Positions 16,268-30,419 of a DNA stretch of 64,000 nucleotides are shown piece by piece. The DNA comes from Podarcis muralis. Lineage: Eukaryota. Each line of letters opens with the position of its first letter. Positions within the stretch are counted from its first letter, which is position 1. The stretch is from assembly GCF_964188315.1 (NCBI RefSeq), contig NC_135664.1, positions 52,204,001 to 52,268,000 of the forward strand, in the 5' to 3' direction. The notes beneath the pieces are model-generated. The model saw only the letters and a program-made list of their open reading frames with translations, did no database searches and was not told where the DNA came from. A program made the position numbers and the translations under genes.

Positions 16268-16388
16268 CTGGAATATCGTCCCATCCAGTAATTGGTTTTC
16301 TAGTTTTAATAGCAACTTTTCAAATGGCTTCAGCTTATCTTCCTGCACTCCAAATTTAGAAGGATTATGATGGACAGATTTTAGTAAC
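16268..16388 (-). CDS. WASHC4: WASHC4 exon 10 (121 nt)
   Basis: (R)[40 protein letters not shown]; AG/GT. Confidence 0.95.
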
Positions 16389-16729
16389 CTAATAAAGCAA
16401 TAAAAAATAATAAATCTACTTAAAAGAAACTCAACATTCCTAAATGTGTACGGGATGGAAGGAATTATTCAGGAGGAATAATCTGGAGGGGCAAACTTTG
16501 TATTCACACACTTATGAATGATGTGGGGGATAATCTCATATTTGAATAATATGAGCTGACCTAAGATTTTTGCTTGTTTCGTTTACAAAAAAGCCCTGGC
16601 ACAACTTCAATCAGTGGCCTTAACTGCGCACAAGGCATTTGGGACTGCACTATGACATGATCACCATTATTCCCAGGGGATTAATGAAGAAGAAAAATGC
16701 TTTCCTAATTATGGTGAAGGGTGTTAACC

Positions 16730-16730
<1 letters not shown>

Positions 16731-16760
<30 letters not shown>
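16731..16760. repeat. (ATTG)n microsatellite
   Basis: Direct reading. Confidence 0.9.
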
Positions 16761-16762
<2 letters not shown>

Positions 16763-17037
16763 CCATCACATGCTTGAGCATTTTAACCACAGTTCACACC
16801 AGCTGGTCACTGTAGGAATAATTAGAAACATGCAATAAAAGCTTAATGTTGCTCCAGTTGGTGGCAAAATACAGGAAATTAAGGCCTGAATACCAGAGTT
16901 GCAAAACACACACCTATTCAAGCCCAGTGAAAAGGGGCAGTGCAGCATCAACATCTGTTTAAGTGACCACTGTATTGATGCTATTTTTATTTTTCTACAG
17001 TACCAGTAGAAATAAATGTAAGAATTTATCCACATAC

Positions 17038-17141
17038 CTTTTGTACATAGTCCAGTGCTCTTTCAGGGTAGCATGGTTGTCTATTATCTCATCCAGGGTA
17101 AGTAAAACTGCCAGCAGTTCTCCCAGATGCTCATACATAGC
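17038..17141 (-). CDS. WASHC4: WASHC4 exon 9 (104 nt)
   Basis: [34 protein letters not shown]+2; AG/GT. Confidence 0.95.
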
Positions 17142-17347
17142 CTGTTTGAAAAGGTATATACCCTGGATTTAGAGTGAAATCCTATACCCACTTTTCTGGA
17201 AGTAAGTCCCACTGAACTCAACGTGACGTACCACTGAGTATATATGATTAGGATAGAATAGGATAGAAAATTATTATATAGAGTTGATGTGCTTGAGATG
17301 TACAGGACCATAACAATAGTTTTTATTACATATTTTATTCTCTATGC

Positions 17348-17909
17348 CAGAGGTTTTCAACTTTTTTCAATCCACAGCTCCCTTGACCAACTCCATTCTT
17401 TCTGCGGCACCCCTGTGGGGCTCAGGAGCCCAGTTATGTCACCCCTTGCCTGCAGAGCTGGCAGCCCCTCACCCTTTTCCAACGCCCTCCCTTGTGGAGT
17501 GTTCCCTCAGCCTCCTCTCCTTGAGAGGCCTCTGGGCAGCCACTGCTGCTGCCCCTGGTCTCTGAGCTGCCCACCCCGTCCCAAAGACAGGTGGCTCCTC
17601 ACAGGGGCCTGGGACTTGTTTGTCCTTTCCTAACAGCAGGGGCTCCCTTGCCCGCTTGCTTACTTACTCCCAGGCTGCCTCAGCTCCTGGCAACCAGCGC
17701 CCCCTGACCAGCCCCAGAAGCACCACTCGCCTGGGGAGCTTGTAGCCAGGGCTGCTGCAGCAAACAGCTGTGCAAGCCTTGGGGAGACAGAGACGAGAGA
17801 GGGCATCCAAGAAGGGAGGGAAGGAAAGAGGAACAGTGTTGCCCACGGCACCCGTGAACATCATTCAGGGCACCCCAGGGTGACATGGCACACTGGTTGA
17901 AAACCACTG
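17348..17909. mobile_element. Non-autonomous hAT element
   Basis: TIR CAG(A/T)GGTTTTCAAC; 8-bp TSD C(T/A)CTATGC. Confidence 0.82.
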
Positions 17910-18137
17910 CACTATGCTGTACTGTAGGCCTAGCTAGCAAGAAGAGATCCCTGAAAGAATCAGGTGTCCTTAGCCTATTAAAGAACCTAGCACAATTTAT
18001 TTTTATTATAATATTTGTAGATTTATTTCATTTTTAAAAAATGCTTCCAAGTAAGGCAGATATCCAGATATCAAACTCCCAGGTAAAGAACCTGCAAAGT
18101 TAAGCAACACAAGTCAAAATCCCAACAGAATTCTCAC

Positions 18138-18180
18138 CTGAAAATGAACTCCTGATGTTTCTATAACTTTAGGTGCATTC
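18138..18180 (-). CDS. WASHC4: WASHC4 exon 8 (43 nt)
   Basis: (K)NAPKVIETSGVHFQ; AG/GTGAGA. Confidence 0.92.
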
Positions 18181-18408
18181 CTGAAACACAAAATACTGTA
18201 TTTCACACCATTTAACAAAAACATTTTAGAGCCTCATGCTTTTATTATTTATTTATTATTAATGTATTTATTACCCTCCCCTTACCCTAAGGTCCCCAGA
18301 CCTTTTAAATAAGCCCAACACAGTAGTTAGTTTTGAACATGCAAGAGGTTTAAAATAAAAAGATCATTTGAGAACCCGAAATACTGGAATCAAAGTGATA
18401 AATCACAT

Positions 18409-18768
18409 TAAAGGTAAAGGTACCCCTGCCCATACGGGCCAGTCTTGCCAGACTCTGGGGTTGTGCGCCCATCTCACTCAAGAGGCCGGGGGCCAGCGCT
18501 GTCCGCAGACACTTCCGGGTCACGTGGCCAGCGTGACATTGCTGCTCTGGCGAGCCAGAGCCGCACACGGAAACGCCGTTTACCTTCCCGCCAGTAAGCG
18601 GTCCCTATTTATCTACTTGCACCTGGGGGTGCTTTCGAACTGCTAGGTTGGCAGGCGCTGGGACCGAGCAACGGGAGCGCACCCCGCCGCGGGGATTCGA
18701 ACCGCCGACCTTTTGATCAGCAAGCCCTAGGCGCTGAGGCTTTTACCCACAGCGCCACCCGCGTCCCC
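18409..18768 (-). mobile_element. Sauria SINE, type A
   Basis: Near-identical to 11718-12078; TSD GATAAATCAC. Confidence 0.88.
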
Positions 18769-19259
18769 GATAAATCACTTTAAGTATTACTAAATAGGCC
18801 TGTCCAAGTTTTGGCCTAGAAACCTGAACACAGTCCAGCGGTCATATATGCCAAGTCCTACACACACGGGTTTTCACTCTGCCAGGCTATCATCAGCAAC
18901 ATGAATTTATTTAGTGCCCTACAGGCTGCAATCACTAAAAACTGGCATTCAGTTTGGTAGGTCACAAGTTGTACAGGTCTGTGATAGTAAAAGAGCTAAT
19001 TATTCAGAAGTGAACACCTGAAGTGGCTAGTGACTTCAAATGGAACATCAAATGGAAATACTCGTTAATCCAAAACAACCATGGTTTACATCCCAAAACA
19101 GACAGGTGTCCTTTTAACAATGCAAGGGACACTTCAGGCACACATCCCATATTTCCTCCCCAACTCTGCAAAATTTAAGAAGCACATCAACATGCTGTAT
19201 TTTTTTCATTTGCGTTTTCAACAAGTAAATTTAAAGGATAGTATTTTTGGCAGTAATTA

Positions 19260-19367
<108 letters not shown>

Positions 19368-20053
19368 TTAGAAACCCCTTTCACACTAAATTAGTTGGGG
19401 AAGATAATGTAGCAAAACAGTCTTGTAATGAAACACTTGAACACCCTATTAAAAAGCAACCCAACTTGTCACCATCACAAACATGAGAAAAAATATTCAA
19501 AGTATTTTAGGTCCTAAATACTGCCATTGTAGCTCTTATTAGTCTAGACAATATTAAGAACTAATAGGCAGTATAATTTCAAAACAGATTAATGTCTGGA
19601 ATGGTGAATAAGACCTCATCAGTTATGCAACAGCTGTACCAAAAGAGTTCTTACTTTTACTGGCTCTGTAGCGGGAAAGTGACCAACAGTAAATCAGAAC
19701 TCCCACTAGAGAAACATTAACAATTACTATGTCAGCATTTTCTCTCCACTGGAAACCACTAACAGTCTCATGTATGCAGGAGAATTTTTTTTAAAAAAAT
19801 CTAAGTTCTCTGGAAATTCTCCTGACAATATCAGGTGAAACAGTAGGGAGCTATCAAAAAAATGAGCACCTAAACCTACGTGTCTCTAAAATCAAAGGTG
19901 GCGAAACACAAAAGATATCTCGTTTCATTTCACTTTTAATTTATATACCGCCTTCCTATACACAAAGTTTACAAGCTGAAAAAACAACAAAACAGACAGC
20001 AAAGTTCACACATGTAATAACAATCTGATCCAATACAAAAAGGTCACAATATA

Positions 20054-20198
20054 CCGTATTTTCCCATGTATAAGACGCCCCCTACTTTTGGGGACCCCAA
20101 ATTTAGAAAATGGGCATATGCACTATTCATGTATAAGATGCCCCAGGTTTTTAACCTTAAGTTAAAAAAAACCTAGTCTTATACGCAGAAAAATACGG
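20054..20198. mobile_element. Tc1/mariner MITE (CCGTATTTT..TATAAGAC type)
   Basis: 23-bp imperfect TIR; TA TSD. Confidence 0.8.
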
Positions 20199-21479
20199 TA
20201 TCTGTACTAAACACAGACACCAGATGTATAAAAGGGTTTTCAGAAAAAACTGCTACTAGCCTGTTTTAGCATGAATCATAACTTTTCAAAAACAATTCTT
20301 CCCCTCTTATTTTAAGAGAAGTACATTGTGTACAGAAAAATGACAAGGTTTGAGCCATCGCAATCACCAGTTGTTGAAATTATTCCAGGCACAACAACAT
20401 GACTTGTAAAAAACATAGGAAGTTGAGCAATTCAGATCCTGCTTTCAGTTTTTTAAAAAAATATTCTGTGGTGGTTGGTTTCTTTCCACCAGAAACAATA
20501 TTTCCAAAGTTTTATGAATAGCTATTTTAAAGAATGTTTCTCTTGAAATTCAGTATATCAAACAATATACTTCTAGCAGGAAACACAGCTAGTCTTATTC
20601 TGTATCTGAAGGTCAAGCAAACTGTGTGTGGCTGTGCAATTTCCTTCCACCATCACTAAGGACAAAAACACAAGAAATTAAATTCTTGAGCAGGGAACCA
20701 GCAGAAAGGGGGTTGAAAATGAGCAGCGGCTGAACTCTTTCCCTGGCATACGTATGTCCACTCAAAATCCACTCCCTTTCTTTTCATCCCCCCCCCCCCC
20801 CCCCGGTTATGAAAGGGCCACAGATAAGCAAGCATTCACATCATTCTATTCAGACTTGCTATTTTGTGAACAGAAGGGCTCCTGACAGGTGAAAGGGGCC
20901 AATCTTCACTAATTCTCCCTTTGCTCTCATCCACACTACTTGGGTGGGTCCCACAATCCTGTGGAACAGCTTTTGGGAAAGGCATGGTGAAAATACATCC
21001 TGCTTCCTTCAGCAGAATGTACTTTGGGCAGAGTTCTGGGCATGGGTAGTCTAGATCCATCTCAATGGTTTTAAAATAACAACTTCAAAACTTGTGCTAG
21101 TAGAGCATTTTAGTCATTTGGGGCACTCTTTAACAGAATGTCCACAGTCACATCAAAATGTTAAAAAAAAGTGGTGGTGCCATTGCTGGACTCAAGTACT
21201 TATACTCGCACTGCTGGACTTTTCCTAACAGCAGCTTGAATTGCTACTGAAACTTTAAAAAATGAGATGACCAAAGACTACACAGGGGCAAAAAGACTTG
21301 AGTGCATGTGACAGTATAAGCAACACAACTGGTGGCAACTGTATAGCACTGACTCTAATCCACTAAAAGCCTGTGGTAGAGCAAACATTTTAGAAGCAAA
21401 TGATTCTCTTGTAGACAACAATTTTTTGCTAAGCACAAAAAATACCATAGAAGTTGCAGAACTATGTCCCAGACGTTAC

Positions 21480-21547
21480 CTGTAAAAATGAAATAAATCT
21501 TCCCATTTGTATTTGGCCATCACCTTCCACCTTACTGGAATCCATAG
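21480..21547 (-). CDS. WASHC4: WASHC4 exon 6 (68 nt)
   Basis: (A)MDSSKVEGDGQIQMGRFISFLQ; AG/GT. Confidence 0.93.
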
Positions 21548-24151
21548 CTTGAAAGGTAAAATGAAAGTTACAGGAATATTAGAAAACACATTGTTTACCT
21601 ATTAATGACACTTAAGATGGCAAAGGGTGTTTTTTTTAGTCATAATTAAAAATATACTACAACAAAACTATGCATCACCAATGGATTCCAAGTGAATGAT
21701 TCATCAGAAAATGCTCACTTCATATTTAAATGCTACTTTATCACCCCATGTAAAAATTACCAATATTATCTATCAAAAAAGAAGAAACAGCAGAAAATTT
21801 TTCAAAAAAATCTTCAGAAGGTATTTCATGTAAACAGGCATGAGCTGGGTCTATTTGACTAGATGTTTGCCAAATGATCATATACTTTTTATGGCCCAAA
21901 TCCCTAAGAATCATTTAGCAAATGACAAATTTTTTAGTGGAGATTATTTCTGTGTAGAAAAACCCAAGCATCTTATGTATACAACAGCAGGTGCTGCGAG
22001 TACCTTCACTGGATTTTGCGTATGTCATATCAGATTCACTGCCCTGTACATATTGTTTGTGTGTTATGGGGAGCCAATCAGGGCTTGCTGTTATATGCTC
22101 ATATGGCAAAGTACATGTGGGAGCTTGTCACACGTTGACTTTTCCCACCACTGCATCCCCCTGGTGGAAGGAAACACACCTAACACAGATTCTCCCTGAG
22201 CACAAGTTTCAGAGGTACTCTGCCTGATACTAAATTTCCCAGCTCTATCTAAATGGCTTAGTCTGCAAAGAGTCAAGGGGGCAGGGAATTACTGATAAAA
22301 ATGTGAGTCTCGCAGCTGCTACAGCACTCTTTGCTTCCTGCCAGTGAGGAAGAAAATCAGAAGTGCCTTGTTTTAGTTTTGGCAGCGCATCACTGTATCT
22401 TTCAAAAAGGATTTAAATACAAGCACAGCATATGAGAAGCAGCATCTTCCAGGAATTCAGTTTTAAGGTAAAGTTTATTTCCTGAAAGGTCATTAAGAGT
22501 TTTCATGCTTTGTGAATATTACTGCTAATGAATACTAGAAGTTTTCCTTTTGCTATCTAATTTAGAAACAGTTACTAGACTCTAGTTCTATAGGAACTTG
22601 TATCCTACAACCTCAGAAGGCCACTTCCTCCTTCAAAGCATGAACGAGCCAATCTTCAAAGGATTCTCATAGCAATGTGATCTCATTCATCATTCTGATG
22701 CAAGAAAGGAGACAGCGGCTTTTCCCTAAGCAGAAGAAACTATGCAAAACTGCCCAAAAGGATGTGATCGGGTGACTGCCATTTCTGTGCTCAACATCCT
22801 CTCCATTTTGGCAGTAACATTCTTTGAACACAAAGGCAGCATGGATCAAGGTCCCTCATGACTTCCTCTTCAAAGCACCCTCAGTATTTTAGCAAAAACC
22901 ATTCTTATGGGTTAGCAGCATTTCTATCTTGGTATTAAAGCTTCCACTAAAGAATTACAATTTGATTCTGGCGGACCGTATTCAAAATCTATCTTACCTA
23001 TGGCCTGTGATCGTTCATATAGCTAACAGACCACACATTGAACACCTCTAACTTTAAGCTTTACTTCAAATAGAACTACTCAGAATTGAGCACTTTTATC
23101 AATTAGATATATCAGTTCATTACTGCCAGACCATCCCCATGCAGAAGCAGTTTACCCAGGAGAAAGAAAAAATCTGACAGAAACCCCTCATACTTCACTG
23201 AGTTCCAATCCAAAGGGGGTTCCTTAACTTGAGATGGGCTTTTTGTGTGAGAGCAGCTACTTCAAGAGTGCAGCTTAAAAGTCTCTGTGTATGAGTGGCA
23301 AAGCCGCCCACACCTGTCTGAATCCTGGCCAAGGACATACCAATTCTGCTGACCTTGCACATCACGCTGCCATTGAGCTGTATCAACAGAAGCCAAACAT
23401 TTATCTTTTGCAACTGTTTAAGCAACTCTGCCAAATGCTCAAACAGGTTAAAGGTAAGGTGAGTTGTTCTCTGTGGCTTCAAATTTGGTTTCAAAACTAA
23501 CCAAAGAAGAATTTTCACGTATTAGCAAGATGGGCACAGCAACCTTCACATGCAGAGCCCCTGGCCAGCAGAGAAGTGTTTTGATAGAAGATGGGCACAT
23601 CCACTGCAAGGGCTATGCTCCTGAATAGAGCTACCACCGTCAGCAGCACATTTTAGGCCCTGAATAAGGCATTACTGGGGGAGCAAAGGACACTGGATCC
23701 AAGGCTCTTTTGTCAGATCATGAGGTTCTGTGTTTGCTTCATCACCACTCAAAAAAAATCATGCTAGCTTGGATTTTGGGGTAGTAATTCCACTTTGCAA
23801 TGGAACCAGTGGAGGGGAAGAAAGAAAGATGATCCATGCTATAGGGAGCAGAAGAGGAAATTCCTCCTCTCTCATATACTTCCTGGCTTGGCCGTTACAA
23901 ATAAACAGGTGTTTGGAAGTGGCGGGTGATGTGGCCCTACCATCACCCTACCTAGTAACAGCTCCTAGCTTGCGGAACACCCTACTCACAGAGATAAATC
24001 TCGTATTGCCATTGTATAGCTTTCACCATAGGCTGAAGATGCACCACTGAACCCTGAGAGAATCCACCCTATTCTAACCTATCCTGGGACCTCATGGCAA
24101 ATGATGTGCAAGAAATCCAACCAACAGCAGACTTAACTGTAAAGTACTTAC

Positions 24152-24197
24152 CTCCTTCTCCATAAAACAAGAGGCCATTATAAAATTTTGTTTCTGC
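24152..24197 (-). CDS. WASHC4: WASHC4 exon 5 (46 nt)
   Basis: AETKFYNGLLFYGEG+1; AG/GTAAGT. Confidence 0.95.
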
Positions 24198-24324
24198 CTA
24201 GGAACAAAGAAAAGATTTTTTTCTCTTGAATAAGAAGTCTATAGTCATACCTTCCTTATATAGAAGGTGAATAAACTAGTTTCTAGAAAGCAGTTTGTAG
24301 TTGGCAAAATGAAGAGATATTTAC

Positions 24325-24390
24325 CTCATATCTTAACTTTTTTATTTCACAGCAAAGGGCAGCATACACAGTGATTACTTTGTTTAGAAC
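24325..24390 (-). CDS. WASHC4: WASHC4 exon 4 (66 nt)
   Basis: VLNKVITVYAALCCEIKKLRYE; AG/GT. Confidence 0.95.
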
Positions 24391-24736
24391 CTGGATAAAT
24401 GAAATAGAAAAGCTAAATATTAGTACATGTACAGCAATATCTATCTGTCTATCTATCATCTATCTATCTATATCTGCAGCAAAGGGGGTCAGGCCAGGGC
24501 TAGCTACATTTAGCACATTCTCTCCCTAAAATATTTCCATTCAAGCTGATTGTTGATTTTTCCTCCTCCCTTTCCAATTGTTTTCCTTTTTGGTGTGTTT
24601 TAGGTTGGTTGTAAGTCTGGAGACAGGAACTTTACTGTTTGTTGCTGATATTATGTAAACTGCTCTAGAAGCCTTTTCAGCTGAAGAATGGAGTAAAAAG
24701 GTTTTTGTAATACATATTTAAAATTAAGAACTTTAC

Positions 24737-24790
24737 CTTGTTTTCCGTATTTATGAGTTCGAGTAAGGAAGACTGTTCATAAGGCAAAAG
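24737..24790 (-). CDS. WASHC4: WASHC4 exon 3 (54 nt)
   Basis: LLPYEQSSLLELINTENK; AG/GT. Confidence 0.95.
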
Positions 24791-26457
24791 CTAAAATAGA
24801 ACAAAATAACTGGTGATTTTAGGAAGCCAGAGACCTGCCACATAACTGAATAGGCTAAAATATCCAATTACAGTTGACACAGCTGTTTCAAACAAAATCT
24901 TAAGTGCAAATATAGAGGTGGATTATATATATATTAAATTATGATACTGGCAGTAACAGAGATTGTTTGCTTAAAAAGAAAAGAACAAACAAACAAACAA
25001 ACCCTGTTCAACTCCTCTGGGGGAGGGGGAGGAACCACACAGAGCAGAACTACAAGATCTTTTTCAAATGTTATTTTTAGAAACATATTAACTAAACAAC
25101 AGCTATCGCATGGAAAAGATCTAGCATACAATGACTTGTATGATTTCTAAACAGGCCCATAGCTAGATACCACTAGGCACTTTTACTCGCCTTCAGAGAC
25201 TCATGTACTCTGCCAGAAATGAAATCAAGAGATTTTCAAGAGCAACTTTCTTTAATAACAATAATTTTGTTTTTTAGTGTAACAGGAACATATGGTTTCC
25301 TGGAAGGCTTAAGTCCCATTTGTACTTTTCGTATCAACTAAGGAGCCACACCTACTGGGACAAACTGTAAATAATTACTAAAATACTTACTTTACCCTAG
25401 ATATGACTAGCCAATTTGCAAAGCACTTCTGCACATGTGTGCAGGAACACACACAGAGCATATGGTAGCCCTAGGTGTTTTTTTACTTCAGGGTTCCAGA
25501 AATTTGAGGGACTTTGGAATGCACAAGGAGCTGCCACCAGAAGATCATGAAAACTTTGGCTCCCAGTCTAAATTAACCATGATTTCTAGTCCATGTTCCC
25601 ATCTATCAGCTTTAACTCTATAGGTTTTCCATAATGATTTCTTACGACCGCATAGGGTTTTGTTTTTTAAAGTCACACAGCTCATAAAAACTTCTCCTGA
25701 AGAGACCACCAACAGATGAGAGGATTCAACAGGGGCACCTGCTCCTCCACTTCCCCTCAGCAAATTTAAAAAGCTTTGAGCCTGGAGTGGAACTCAATGG
25801 GATACACACGCACATATCTAATTGGGTTTTTTATGTTTGCTTCTCCCCACCCCTGTTTTTTGCTGTTTGTGTGTTAGTTGTAAGCTGCCTAGAGTCCCTT
25901 ATCAAGAGAAAAGGCAAGATATAAATATTAACAACAACAATAATTCCTGTGTTTTTATATTTTCTTCAATTTTAAATTTTGTTGCATTTTTCTTTAAACC
26001 ACTTTTAGCTTAGGAAACACAATATATGTTCGGGGGGACGGGACAAACAAGTGCAAGGCTCTATTGAACAAAAACACAAAGAAGGTACCAGGTTCAATTC
26101 TGGCATCTCTAGGTAGAGCTGGGACATAAACCTCTGTCTGAAGTCTTCAAAAGCCAACAGCATAGACACCAGTGAGCTAGATGGACCAAAGGTATAAGGC
26201 AATTTCCAAGGCTTCTAGCAGGGGACCATTCCTGCCTTTCCTCTGTGCCAAAGACATCGCAGGGCAGCACTGACTGGGATGAGAGTGGGATGGTCTACTG
26301 CAGGGGTGGGGAACCTTTTGTGGCAACATTCCAGGAACCACATGCCAGTGGTGGGCAAGACCAGAACAACCCACGAGGCATAACCCATAGGGTAAGCCTT
26401 GGTTACAGTGTGTGGTTAGTCTGGAGAGAGCTAAACCATAAGACCAGGTTTGCAGAA

Positions 26458-26460
<3 letters not shown>

Positions 26461-26493
<33 letters not shown>

Positions 26494-27811
26494 TTATTAT
26501 TTATACCCCGCCCATCTGGCTGGGCCTCCCCAGCCACTCTGGGCGGCTTCCATAAAAACCAAAAATACAATAAAATATCACATGTTAAAAACTTCCCTGA
26601 ACAGGGTTGCCTTAAGATGTCTCTTGAATGTCAGGTAGTTATTTATCACTTTGACATCTGCTGGAAGGGCGTTCCACAGGGTGGGCGCCACTACCGAGAA
26701 GGCCCTCTGCCTGGTTCCCTGTAGCTTTGCTTCTCGCAATGAGGGAACCGCCAGAAGGCCCTCGGCGCTGGACCTCAGCGTCCGGGCAGAATGATGGGGG
26801 TGGAGACGCTCCTTCAGGTATACTGGACCGAGGCCGTTTAGGGCTTTAAAGGTCAGCACCAACACTTTGAATTGTGCTCGGAAACGTACTGGGAGCCAAT
26901 GCAAGTCTTTCAAGACCGCTGTTATATGGTCTCGGCGGCCGCTCCCAGTCACCAGTCTAGCTGCCGCATTCTGGATTAGTTGTAGTTTCCGAGTCACCTT
27001 CAAAGGTAGCCCCACGTAGAGTGCATTGCAGTAGTCCAAGCGGGAGATAACCAGAGCATGTACCACTCTGGCGAGACAGTCCGCAGGCAGATAGGGTCTC
27101 AGCCTACGTACCAGATGGAGCTGGTAAACAGCTGCCCTGGACACGGATTTGACCTGTGCCTCCATGGACAGCTGTGAGTCCAAAATGACTCCCAGGCTGC
27201 GCACCTGGTCCTTCAGGGGCACAGTTACCCCATTCAGGACCAGGGAATCCTCCACACCTGCCCGCCTCCTGTCCCCCAAAAACAGTACTTCTGTCTTGTC
27301 AGGATTCAACCTCAATCTGTTAGCCGCCATCCATCCTCCAACCGCCTCCAGACACTCACACAGGACCTTCACCGCCTTCACTGGTTCTGATTTAAAAGAG
27401 AGGTAGAGCTGGGTATCATCCGCATACTGATGAACACCCAGCCCAAACCTCCTGATGATCTCTCCCAGCGGCTGCATGTAAATGTTGAAAAGCATGGGGG
27501 AGAGGACAGAACCCTGAGGCACCCCACAAGTGAGAGCCCAGGGGTCTGAACACTCATCCCCCACCACCACTTTCTGAACACGGCCCAGGAGGAAGGAGCG
27601 GAACCACTGTATAACAGTGCCCCCAGCTCCCAGCCCCTCAAGACGGTCCAGAAGGATGCTATGGTCGATGGTATCAAACGCCGCTGAGAGATCCAGCAGA
27701 ACTAGGAAACAGCTCTCACCTTTGTCCCTAGCCCGCCGGAGATCATCAACCAGTGCGACCAAGGCAGTTTCAGTCCCATGATGAGGCCTGAATCCCGACT
27801 GGAAGGGATCC
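26461..27811 (-). mobile_element. 5'-truncated L2-clade LINE with uninterrupted RT frame
   Basis: 394-aa ORF with DLSAAFDT, GVPQGSVLSP, YADD and LDYCNAL motifs; 3'UTR and (ATT)n tail at 26461-26495. Confidence 0.9.
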
Positions 27812-28179
27812 CATTAAGCCAAGCAATGGCTCAATATTGCAACAGAATGACTAAGGAGGAGCAAAGTACCCATGATTTCTTCTCCTAGAGCCCACATGCT
27901 TGCGCATTCGTGCTAAGCTATGGTTTGGTTTATTGTGACATGAAAAGCAGGTCAATGTTTAAAACGGAATACTTCTCTTCTGAAAGCAGCTGAATGCTAG
28001 ACATTTAGGCTACAGTCCTGTACCCAGTCACACACGCAGGTCATTGCTAACACGGGATTTACATGTGCATAGCTATGCAAAGCACTACAGTCCTATTCCA
28101 ATGAGCTTTAGCTCACCGATATCGATTACACAACAGAATTAAGTGAACAGAGACAAGTGTGTAGTAAAGAAAAGCTTAC

Positions 28180-28319
28180 ATTTAATGCAATGGGATCAAG
28201 ATTGAAATCCCAAACATCTCCTACAGAGTCATCCAACGCATCTTCAATTCGCTTCAGCTGGGAAGTGTATGCCTCTAGAAATTTCCCATAATTCTTCAAC
28301 TGTACTCCAACATGAATTT
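28180..28319 (-). CDS. WASHC4: WASHC4 exon 2 (140 nt)
   Basis: (K)[46 protein letters not shown]; TAG acceptor, GTAAGC donor. Confidence 0.95.
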
Positions 28320-28776
28320 CTAAAAATAAATTTTATTCCGTTAGGACAGGTTATTTGTTATCATAGTCATTAAACTAAAATTTCCTAAACCTCTAGATCA
28401 CAGGTGGCCAACTTGCAGCCCTCCAAAGGTTGCGGAACTACAGCTCCCACAATTCCTCATCATTAGCCATGCTGGCTGGGGCAGACAAGAGTTAAGTGCA
28501 ATAGCACCTGGTAGACCAAACGTTGCCCCCCCCCCCCGACCTAGATAAATAACCTGTTGTTCAAGTGAATGTCCTGTGTGTGCCTTTTTTGTTTTTTGTT
28601 TTAAAAGATCTATTTCCACAATAAGCGATTTTATCGGCGTTTTGCTTACAATCTGTCTGTGCAAATTTAACCTCATACAAGGGACCTATTTGTCCAAAAC
28701 AGAAAGATTTTAAACGAGACAAAGTCTACATCACGTTACACAAACTTCTGAATGTTTGAATCATGTATTTATGTAA

Positions 28777-29125
28777 AAAGGTAAAGGACCCCTGACAGTT
28801 AAGTCCAGTCGCAGATGACTCTGGGGTTGCGGCGCTCATCTCGCTTTACAGGCTGAGGGGGCCAGCATTTGTCCGCAGACAGTTTTTCCAGGTCATGTGG
28901 CCAACATGACTAAGCCGCTTCTGGCGAACCAGAGCAGTGCACAGAAACACCGGTTACCTTCCCACCTGAGTGGTACCTATTTATCTACTTGCACTTTTTG
29001 GCGTGCTTTCGAACTGCTAGGTTGGCAGGAGCTGGGAGCAAACAACAGGAGCTCACCCCATCATGGGGATTCAAACCACCAACCTTCTGATCGGCAAGCC
29101 CAAGAGGCTCAGTGTAGACCACTGC
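28777..29125 (-). mobile_element. Sauria SINE, type B (more diverged)
   Basis: Same body with AAAGGACCCCTGACAGTTAAGTCCAGTC tail variant; no clear TSD. Confidence 0.82.
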
Positions 29126-29379
29126 AACTAGTCACACCTATTTTTCCATGAATATTTTCAGTACTATACTAACAACAATATGCAACATCACTAATATTAG
29201 AAGCCTTGGAATTTAATCAATGTTAACTCCAACTTTTTAAAAGGAATCAATAGCGTGACCAGGATATTAAAGGTCTGTTAAGCTAGGAGTACAGCTAAAT
29301 GAGTAGGAAGTTATTACTCAAGCTAGAATTTTTTAAACTATTGAAAACAAGACTTGTTGAAGAAGAAGCACTGTGGGTT

Positions 29380-30130
29380 CTGCAACCAGAACTCATGTTT
29401 CATCAACCTTCTAAAAATTATGAGTGTCAGCAAACACTTAGATAGGAGTAATCTGGCACACATTATAAACTTAGATTTCCAAAAAAATATTTGACCAAGC
29501 CCCCAAAGGTTTCTAAGTAATCTTAGAGGTCATGAGCTAAGGCGAACAGATTCTCTTAGACACCAACTGAAGAACAGGAAGCAGAGGATATGGAGAAACA
29601 GTCAGTTTTCACAATTGAGGGAAGTAACCATTAGGGTCCACTGTTTTTAAACTACTATTAATTAATTTATAATTAACTGTAGTGAGTGTCAACTGTAGCA
29701 GTGCTAGCCAGGTTTGTAGATGACACAAACTGATTAAGAATATGGTAAGTCAAACAAACAGTGAAGAACTCCAAGAAGCTCCCCTCAAACTGGATGAATG
29801 AGCAGCAAATACGTAAATGAGATTTACTGTAAGTACAAAGGAATGGGGGGGGGGGATATCTCAACTTCATAACTGTCCAGGAAATGGTTGTGAAGGACAG
29901 CTCCAGGAAAACATCAGCTCAATATGCAACAGCAGTGAGGAAAGTAAATTCTATGCTAGGCGGATAGAGAAATCTTTCTCATAACATTAGAATTCAGGGT
30001 CACCAATAAATCTGATTAGGAGCAGATTCAAAAGAAAGAAAAGACTTCTTCACACAGTGTATGGTAAGATTATTGAATTTGCTGCCACAAAGACATGGTG
30101 ATGGCTACTGGCTTAAATGGTTTCAAAAGT
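29380..30130 (+). mobile_element. Old, degenerate CR1 ORF2 fragment
   Basis: Decayed codons resembling D-I-I-Y-L-D-F-Q-K-A-F-D-K-V-P near 29455-29510 and a CR1-like C-terminal block near 29870-30130. Confidence 0.5.
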
Positions 30131-30419
30131 GATGAACCAGCTAAACATATTTCATGTTCAGAGGCAGTGTGTCTCTGGGACAGTGGTGCTGTTGCCTTCA
30201 TGCTCTCTGGTTGTAGATTTCAAAGACTAGGTGGATCATGGAGCTGATCCAGTAGGACTGATCTAACGTTGCCACCTTCATCTAACTTAAGCCCATTAGA
30301 TCTAGTCCTCTCTGAGGAAGCAAAACACAAACCTAAGGTCTCTGCAAATACCTGGACGACACAGAAGAGGGCCAGAAGTCCTCTTTCGCAGTTTCTTCAA
30401 CTTTTTTCTCATAACGCTT

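Noticed and set aside
23195-23518. 107-aa and 69-aa ORFs in WASHC4 intron 5
   Set aside because: No motif, splice support or family resemblance.
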